A stretch of 57,852 nucleotides of DNA, the filler included, from Sphacelaria rigidula (taxonomy: Eukaryota), in the NCBI GenBank assembly GCA_964200075.2. It is 8 parts of 8 records of this genome, joined end to end, with 100 filler letters (N's around TTAATTAATTAA, not from the genome) between each part and the next. Parts side by side here need not be neighbours in the genome. Positions count along the whole stretch, not along the records: positions 43,467 to 50,609 come from CAXNAA020016277.1; positions 50,710 to 57,852 come from CAXNAA020016278.1; 6 more parts are not named here. One strand, given 5' to 3'. Shown here one piece after another: positions 48,908-57,852 of this stretch. A program made the translations under genes and the position numbers. The notes beneath the pieces were generated by a model. That model was not told where the DNA came from. It saw only the letters and a program-made list of their open reading frames with translations, and did no database searches. The number at the start of each line of letters is the position of its first letter. Position 1 is the stretch's first letter.

Positions 48908-50299
48908 AAAAGAGCTGCTCGCAAATAAGAATCTTCTTCTGCCCAATTCAAGGTATTGGTTGGCAAAATGAGGAGTTATTTCGAACAGTTTCTGGTGTAC
49001 GAATTCCATTTGCGAGTGTATATGGAATTTGCACAGCCTCTGCTGTTCGGAATAAATCATTTTGGCCTGATTCCAATAATTTGGAATCAGGACTTATTTT
49101 GAACAGCTGTGAAAATTCCAGATTTCCATAGCACTTGCACCTCCAAAATCAATCCAGGGAATTTTAATATCGACACAGACCTTCGAGGGCCGCAACATTG
49201 AAAATCCTTTACAGGAATAGGAATACCCAAGATCCTCTAGGGGGGATTTTAAAACGGACGGAACCGAGGATGACGTTTGAAAATGCCTCTACGAGGTAGC
49301 CGAATGGCCGCGTGTGTATCAGAAGACCAGGCAATTCACGGTGAAGACACCGATACACGACCGGCACGTTAGGCGGACTTTGCGGCTTCGATCACCGACA
49401 GCACAGCAGAGCATAGTTTTCTGGTTTACTAGATCGTCCGACATCAAACGTTGAACTATATAATAAGCCGGAACAATGCGATAAAAGCGGAGCTGCCGCA
49501 GAAGTGCTGACCCAGTGCGCGATAACTAAGTACAAGGAAAAAATGAGGGGGGGTTGATTAGTTCCCATACGGAGACGTAGCAGGCTCGTTCCGAGAGAGA
49601 CGGGGGGGGGGGTCCCGATTAATCTTCTTTGACTTGTACCTGCGCTTCTCCCTTCAACTTTATTCTTTCGCAGGTGAAATTAATCAGATAGTTCTGAGCA
49701 TACCTGAGAAAAGGCCGCAGGTCCTCGGTACGGGTCTACCTCTTGTCAGCTACAAAACTGCCTCCTATGATATCATCCTCTGGATCCGTGAATTTCAGGG
49801 AAAGGAGACGAAATTTGCAGCTACGGTGTTCGTGCACTGCAGAGTAATGTGTCGGCAACTGCCTCGAGCTTTTGTTTGTCCCAGTGTACTGTAGCCTTGT
49901 TCTTGCTCCTCAATACAATCGTAGGCCAGGTGGCTAAATTATCACAACAAATCGATTGCGCTCGGACGTGAAGATAGAAGCTGCAACACACTATTTATTT
50001 GACAAGACATAGACGGGTGAGTAATTCAGTACATAATGTATCGGTATTTATTTCTACATACACGTGCTGAGGTGTAACTTCCTCGCACAAACTCTACTAC
50101 CGGAGAATGACTTCGCCAACTCTTCCCTCACGAGGCTGTTGTTCGAATCCTGCTTCTCTTCGCTACTCTCGAGCCTAACCCTCGTCCTGTAAAGTAAGAG
50201 GGGGGCGTACTCATCTGTTGCTTGCCTTAGTCGTTTGACTATTGACCACGAATCATTTTCGAGACGAGAAAGTAGGAGGGGGGGGTATTGATTTACACG

Positions 50300-50540
50300 T
50301 CGGACGACTGAACTCAGAGGGTGACTCGAGTTAACTCTTTTCCCCATTACTCACTTGTGAGCTATAATAGCAACATGACTCAGCGGTGCATATTCTGATT
50401 ACTCCAGGTGTGTAACTCAGCGGTGCATATTCCAATCTAGTGAGTTAAAGAAGACAACTCTGAAGTGTGATATATTCTGACCGGGTGAGTCGTAAGAGAT
50501 GAATCAGCGGTGCGCGTGCTGGCTTGGTGAGTTATAAAAA
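50300..50540. repeat. Degenerate ~35-45-bp tandem repeat
   Basis: Recurrent ACTCAGCGGTGCATATTC...GTGAGT units. Confidence 0.55.
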
Positions 50541-52655
50541 CAGCCAATCATCTATGTTGAGGATGGTGCTTTTGATTGAGGATGAGAACCCGGAGGATTA
50601 AAATCTTCGNNNNNNNNNNNNNNNNNNNNNNNNNNNNNNNNNNNNNNNNNNNNTTAATTAATTAANNNNNNNNNNNNNNNNNNNNNNNNNNNNNNNNNNN
50701 NNNNNNNNNAGTCATCAGACCATTGACCTCGCATCCCTACAAAGCCGGGACGGAGCACGCCGGGTTTTCGCCGGACCAGGCTCGTAAAAGGGGGGGGGGG
50801 AGGGGGGGTGTTTGATTCCACGAAAAAATGTGCTCATAGATGCGTCAAACGACCTAAAACACTCGCGGTGCGCTTGTTATGGGTAAAAGCGGTGTAAAGC
50901 AGTGTGAATGAGCGTTATTTATCGGGAGCAAGCGCGTTCGCACAACTGATGGCCGCTTTCAACGGGGATTGAAGTGAAATTCCGTGAAATAAAACGGCCC
51001 AAAATACCCCCCCCCCCCCCCATCGTGAGTACAACGCTATCGTAGCATAACTCCAATGCTACAGGTTAAGTCTATATATAAAAAGGTATTTTGCTTGAAG
51101 CATGCGAGATGATAACTGTGCAAAACACCCATCTGACTGCACAGTATACTGTATCACAGATAATCAACTCATCGGTGAGCATTGCCTTGAATAAAACGTA
51201 GACCCGGTCCGCCATGAATGAACAAGGTCAGAGGAAACTGAGCTCGAGTTGTTCGAGCGAATAAGTCACCCGGCATGAGATGAAGGAGTTCAAATTGAAG
51301 GTCCGACAATAATCCCTGAACGGAGGGCATGCAAGAGCCGCTTTAGTACAGCATCTCCAATCCAAAAATAAGACTTCCGGTCTCGATCCTGGTGAACGTT
51401 TCTTCATAGCGGGCAGGGTCTCCTCATTGTACCGGGTGTGTATATTGGCGTCTGATGGATAATGATGAGAATCACCCGAAAAATGTTTCTTCTTAGGGGT
51501 CGTATCGATGGGAAGCTTTCCCTCGGTTTTTTTCTTTTCCCGGTGAATTGGAATTCCCCCCTCAACTCTCCGAAAAAGAGGTATCGCTGGAAAAAAATAC
51601 CGACGCTAGATTTTCGGAGAAATCTGTTGTCAGTCGTGCATTGATCTATTGCCGGACCTGGTAAATAAACCTGCTCTCACATTTTTGGGACGTTTCATTT
51701 TTGCCGAAGATTTCGTAGATTTCGGGAAAAGGTAAGCTCGCTTGATAAGTCCCCTCATACGGCCGTGTCTGCTGACGACGTCTGATGGATTCAGAATTAT
51801 CTACATATATATATGTATGTATTTCTTTCTTGAAATTGCCAGGATGTTAAGAAAAGAACAATTTTCTCCCGTCAAACCTGGAAGCATATTCCCAATAGGT
51901 TGTACAAAACATTCGCTCAGGTGTAGCTAGCTAGCCATCAACAGTATTCTCATGTCCCGAATGGACTCCGCATTGACCGTGCCCCTTGACTACCAGTCAC
52001 CGTGATCGAAAGATACACATCTGACATTCACCAAGTCCTCGATCTGGACTACATATTCGACTATATACTGGTGCGCTCTGGATGGTGCAAGGCTTCCACC
52101 CCGCTCCGACCACGTGAGTCAAATACCATGGATGATAGCGCGGAGAGACAATGCTCGCTGGATTCTACTTCGTCAACAAAAATTATACTACTCAAAATTC
52201 TGCGTTGCCGTTTTCACTTCATTTGCCTTTCATAGTGGGTTGCAGCTTTATTAAAAATGAACAAGCACATGTCTTCTTAACTGCCTTTACTCCTACCAGT
52301 ATAGTAAAACTACACTTACAGATAAGGCAACATACCACAGAACGTGCATGATTACCCTTTGCAGAATAATTACAGCTACGAGCTTGCCACAACCGCCGTT
52401 GTCATGGCTGGCAATCTAAATACATCAGCTTTTGTTATGACTACCTGAGTTGTTTATCATATTTGACACGATGTTAGCATTACCTTTTGTTGAATATTTT
52501 TAGCCTCTCTTTTGTTATTTTACAAACAAAAAATAATACCACTATTTATCTGCGTGAACAAACATAGCATTATGATACATGACACTGAACGTGTAATTTG
52601 TTTTGGTGACACACGCAAGCAAAACATAGGCATAGAAACACAAAGAAACACAAAG

Positions 52656-52693
<38 letters not shown>

Positions 52694-52695
<2 letters not shown>

Positions 52696-54134
52696 TCCGT
52701 GCAGCCAATGTCAATGTCGACTCGGGAAGGCACGCAGTCGACGCAATCATACCTCAGCCACCCCGTTGAGATGTCTACGGGGTGTACGGCGCAGTCTGGT
52801 GTCTGCACCATCGAAACGCGCGAAAAGACAACATCATCAACCGGTAAGAGGAATGAAGGGATTGGACGTAGGAGGAAATACATATCTTTGACAAGATAAG
52901 CGAGGCCATCTTAGACAATATGTACGAGTGGAAAGGGTGCAGATTGGAATGGGAAAGAGGGGAGGGGGGAGTATATCTTCACGGAGTTAAGCCATTTACC
53001 GTTCGTGTTGCAAATTACAGTGTGGCAATGCGCGAAGGTGTGTGCATGCACGAAAGATGTGTCCTCCTGTATACCACAACGGAAGAATTGAGGAGCTAGC
53101 GCCGAGAGAAGTCAGTACGCTCGCGGTTTTGCTTCCTCACTCTTATCGTAGATCGACGGCGACGTGTGTTTCCCGAACGCGCTTCTTCTGTGGCATTTGC
53201 CGTACCACGTGATACCCAGAAAAATAATACTGTCAGTTGTATTTGTTTTGAAGTTGTATATCTTCCAGTTCTTCGTAGATAGGTCACACACATATGCGTA
53301 TTATGGGCACCGAGTTCATGTGTTTTTCCTGTCATCCCGCGAAAATTGGGGGGGAGCAAGTACAGCGTTGTCGCCTACAAACATGTTCTCGGACATCAAA
53401 CCCAATAGCACTACTATTTCTTGTTCATTACTAGAATGTACATGTCGTGTATCTGCGAAAGTCACGTTTGTATCTATATGCTGCTGACCAAACACCGAGA
53501 CCACAACATGCAGGAACGATCGAGAGACCCTTGTGGCAGGGCAAAGAGCGTCCCGGCAGCGACGTGGGGCGCATCAACCGGAGAGGGCCCGTCATTGTCT
53601 ATAGTTCTTGGATCTCGTGATCCTAGACAACAGCCGGCGTTCACCTATCGATCTTGACATCATGAGCCGTGAGACGCGCCGACTGGCACAAGAAGCAACA
53701 AGACTGCTGCTTGTCTATATTCAACAGACACACCAAAGACATTGAACCTTGCCTAGTTCAGCCTTACGGCGCACGGACGACCCTAGCCACAATCCGCAGG
53801 AGAATCTGGAGATACCCCTCTTCGGCTACCACTCGTCGTCCGACGGTAGTGTTCAAGCGAGCTGTTCACGTATCAGGTATCCCCCCACGAACAATCAATC
53901 GAAGGACAACTAAACTCACAACATAGATGGGGAACGTCTCCGTGACGCCCTCCTGGGGTAGCTCGAAGTGCACCCAGAAACCGTCCGTACATGCGTCGAG
54001 GCCCACCATGGACTGCTTCGCCGCCTTAAACAGGCCCAGCGTATCGGTACCGTCGCCACCGCCGCCGCCCATGGACACGAGAGCCGCCTTGTGCTTCCCC
54101 CACGTGTGGTCTAGAGGGTCCTCCCCTTCTGACA
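52694..54134 (-). CDS. Probable internal exons of a gene of unknown function
   Basis: Phase-consistent exons: 54134-53920 (CAG/GTGAGT; ...GLDACTDGFWVHFELPQEGVTETFPIYV), 53644-53489 (TAG/GTCAGC; VNAGCCLGSRDP...MLWSRCL), 52802-52694 (CAG/GTGTGT; TPDCAVHPVDISTGWLRYDCVDCVPSRVDIDIGCTE). More candidate exons near 56305-56220 and 51780-51660. Confidence 0.5.
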
Positions 54135-55394
54135 CTGTTTGAGGCGGACGGGTACCCCAAAGATATAGGGAGGGGGAGAATTGGATATCAGAAATGATTT
54201 TGAGGCATAGTTGGCTGGCATGTCCTGGCGAATGACTGAGTACTGATACTACTATTCTACTATTATAGCACGCTCGCCCTGTGTGGGGGGGGGATGGTGG
54301 CACATAGCAGTGTGTGCGGGGTTGTATGTCGATTCTGAGATTGCGTCAGCACACTACGCTACCGACATTCACATGAAATGCAGTCCAGACACCCAGTGTG
54401 TAAAAATGAGCATGCAGCGTGAACTACGGGTTGATTCTCGATCATTTTCCGACCACCGGCATCAAGGTGACTGACCACGTGGATACGGCATACGGGAGGG
54501 CGAGTGGCTCCGCTGTTGACTATGCAATCGGCCTCGCGGCAAAATTTACGCTCCAGAATTGCTTCCGAATGCTGGCAATACCAGAAGCAACAGCAATCAT
54601 TTGTCAGTTATCCCCCAAGAACACCCTATCTATAGTGTACCACGCGATGCTTGGGGGACGGGGTCGGCGTGGGAGAGCGCGCGACAGTGGTTGAACACAG
54701 GCCATTACCCTGGAAAGATCTGGATCATCTTGACAGAGTTGGAAGGCTATTTGTTGCGGTTGTTGGTTCCTTCATGGTGAAAAAAGATAGTGAAAAGCAA
54801 CTACACATACATACATGGATGAAAACGATCATGATGACTCATTATTACAGTGAGCCACACGATTCCCGCACAATGCTGATGTTTTAATAGTTGCGTTCTC
54901 GCTTGAAGCCTACCACTGCACGCGAGAACTCCCCCCCCACAGTAGTAGCGGCCACTGGCATAAAGAACTACTGTACGCGGGTAAAAACCATCGAGACGTA
55001 GATCAGCGATACATCAGATGGTACTCGGAGCTTAGCTTGCAGTGCTGTACGAACTAGGCTTTTAGCTTCCTGCTGTACTTTTCTGTGTCTGCATACACCT
55101 TGCAAACAACTTACACCCGACGCTCCCCAGTCCACTCGACTCCGCGCAACTGCGTGTACGTAGAGAGGCATGGTTGAAAGGACTCCAGTGCTCACGTCGT
55201 TAGCGTCCTGCGGCACCTTGCTTGATTGATGAAACGGTAGAACTACATGTAGACACGCGCTACTATCGAGAACTTCACGCTTCAGAGGGTGATGAGTGAA
55301 ACGACCCACCCTGCACGTGTCCGGCAGTATTTGTGACATTCTTTTTTGTTGTTGCGGTGCACAACGTTTGCAGAGGGATGCCGTGCTTATCGCG

Positions 55395-56070
55395 AGTCCA
55401 ACTTCACGTTGGAAGCTGAAGGATCACTCAATTCGACCCTTCACAACGCTCAAGTTGAGAGTCGGAGTTCCAAGTTGAACCTTCGCATGGAAGCCCCGAC
55501 CCCCACTTGGGAGCTCGTAGCTTCGACTGTCTCATTAAGGCTTCACGTCAGAAAGTTGGGGCGTTAAGTTGAAGCTCCGTCCTTCACACATGAAGCCCCG
55601 ACACTCCGCTTGAATGTCGAATGTATACTCACAAAGCGCTTCAACTCGAATCTTTCACCTCAGAGGTCCACCTTCGACCAAGAGCCGCACCGTGAGGGCT
55701 AACCACGAAACTGAAGTTGAATCCTTAACCTACATGTATGTGGAGCGTTCATGTCGAAGCTTCAAAAGCTAACGGTTGGCCTTGAAAATGAAGCTTCAAC
55801 TTCTGACCGGGCTAAACAAGTTGAGCCTCTTTTTCCAAGGTTCGACTTCCAACTCATCTCAGGGTAAACGTCTAGCCCTCAACTCGAAGGCCTCGCGCTC
55901 AAAATTGAAGGCCGAGGCGTTTAACTCGAGGGTCGGAGGTCCAAGTTGAGTTGAGAGTGGTGTCGACCGTCAACTTTAAATCTTCGACCGTCAACTTGAA
56001 CGTTCGGTTGAACCTACGACCTGAATGCTGAGCCGCGGAGCCTCAACGGAAGGTTTTGACTCGAATTTGT
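55395..56070. repeat. Degenerate array of short CAACTTC/GAAGTTG/TCGA motifs in both orientations
   Basis: Dense recurrence of AAGTTGA, TCAACT, GAAGCT and CTTCGA over ~680 bp; no credible ORF. Confidence 0.55.
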
Positions 56071-57852
56071 TTCAAGTAGCGGGTTGTGTCTACAGAGGTC
56101 GCTTTGATCCTCTTCGGGTATCCATCGGTTGATTCTAGCAAAAGGAACGCTACGGACAGCTCTTCCTTCTGGAAAATGCCCAACAGTCTCTATATCTATG
56201 CTTAGCCCGGCTGTTATGCCTTGATTCGCGTCGTTGTGTTCATCTGCTGCGAGTTTGCGCGTGCCGACGTCCCCGTCGAGTCCTCCACCAATGTAGCCGA
56301 GTACCTGTGCAGCAAGCAGGAGCCGATGAATTTTGAATCTTTCACAACGGAATGATGATCGTTTTTATGAACGGCAGACAAGAGCTCTGTCGAACAACTA
56401 CTGGATGCAAGCCCGGGTACACGCAGATGATCCAACAACCCGGTTAAGTAAATGGGTGGCTCAGCAAGGGCGTACAGAGTTTGTATAATATCCATAGGCG
56501 GATCAACAACATGGATTGGATATTTATATGAGAGCGTCTTCGGATGCCCCACTGGAAGTGCCATTTGATCATGATCAACGTTGAACACCCTAGAGAAGAT
56601 AATTGGTTAAGTTTTACACACAGCCTATGATGGTTTACATGAGTTTTACCTCTGCTTTGAGAGTCGATCTAAAATCTCACCCATACACCACCGTCCATAG
56701 TGCCGTAGATGGGCCTCCCCTCGTTTGTGAGACCAGAGTTGAAGTACACACCGTCGTGACCACCCGACAGATCCACCGGAGAGCAATCCTCTGCTCGTTA
56801 TTTCAGACGAGACAAAGCACTCAGACACGATACTTCCGAAATCGGCGATATTATATCGGGTGTACTGTACTAGGAGTAGGAAGGGTGCTCCGTCTCGAGA
56901 GGGATGCGTGGCTAATGTTAAAACGACTAAGGCAAGCAACGAATGAGCCCCTCCCCCCCCTCCCCCCACATACATCGTAGGATCACTCCGTTGCTCATCG
57001 CTTTCTTAAGAAATGGACAAACAGGTATTGCATGTGACCCTGTGCTCTATAGTAATGGCATGTTTGCATTCCTGTTTAACAATCTTACGACCGGGCGAGT
57101 CCGACAAGGAATCGATGCTGTTCCTGTGACATGTCATTAGCAAGATTTGCCCCTGACGCGCTCCGTAGATTCAAGTGAGCGAGTGAGCATACTGCAAAAG
57201 GTTCAGCACTGTGAGGATCTCCATCGCAGTCCGACCTTAGCCAAATGCACGTTCAAATTGTTGATGTGGGACACAAATGGGCAAGGTTGTGTGTCTAGGG
57301 TTACCAGGCAGGCCGACTTCATTCATCGCATGCAGCTGAAAACTGTTTGAGAAAGTTAATACTCCGCGAGATCGACCACAGTTTCCTTTCGGAAAAACAC
57401 AGTAGAATACATATCAGGGTTGTCAGACCACCTGGTATTGACAAAAAATCATCAGAACCCTCAGGTGATGGGTAAGAAGGCGCTGCCTATCCATTCCCTT
57501 TGATTATACGCGTGCCATTCATAGTTATCACACGTACCTCCGAGTTTCCTTGTTACCGCCAAACCGTCCACATCCGTAGGCCTAGATGTGGCGGTGGGCA
57601 CGAAAACGCAAGGCGGGAGGTAGCAGCAGCCAGCAGATCAAAATAAACCAGATCAGTTGCAACAACGGAGAATGGGTATCTGTTGAAATGTGGAAACATG
57701 AAGGATCCATTTTTGCAACTTCGTTGAAATGTGTTTTTTGCAGTCATATATACGTATATATGTGACACTTTCTACGGTAGCCCTCCCCCCCCCCCCCCCA
57801 AACCAGCCCAAAAGTGTCACGAAAAAAATGGCCATACAGCGCCTCATGTTTG

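Noticed and set aside
49066-49092. 10-bp perfect stem CCTGATTCCA/TGGAATCAGG as a terminator
   Set aside because: Eukaryotic context, no U-tract or linked gene, and short palindromes are common in this MITE-rich DNA.
7146-50709. Regularly spaced TTAATTAATTAA palindromes as a biological periodic array
   Set aside because: Always centred in 44+44 N; an artificial six-frame-stop linker.

Overview
This window is not one locus. It is eight unrelated eukaryotic scaffolds of almost equal size (7145, 7145, 7144, 7144, 7144, 7144, 7143 and 7143 bp), sorted by length and joined by 100-bp artificial spacers (44 N + TTAATTAATTAA + 44 N), so adjacency across spacers means nothing. Spliceosomal GT-AG genes with long introns, TTAGGG tracts and the style of the repeats suggest a brown alga or other stramenopile (inference). 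Host-like genes: two exons of a dynactin p50/dynamitin (DCTN2) gene in scaffold 1, a phase-consistent 5-exon gene for a ~770-aa disordered S/G/A/P-rich protein in scaffold 2, and a probable multi-exon gene of unknown function in scaffold 8. The rest is mostly mobile DNA. It includes a Copia-type LTR element with gag and protease but no integrase/RT/RNase H, RTE-like LINE fragments sharing a GACC(A/C)CGG 3' motif, a Gypsy pol remnant, nested piggyBac-like and mariner-like MITEs, telomere-repeat-carrying MITEs, a decayed OTU-protease-like gene and a 1.15-kb inverted duplication with a sharp identity step. The least explained signal is a dispersed family of short elements with shared TA(G/C)GA-polyG ... 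polyC-TC(C/G)TA ends and a conserved, strand-specific stem-loop core. No CRISPR array, rRNA or tRNA gene was seen. All alignments and counts were made by eye.
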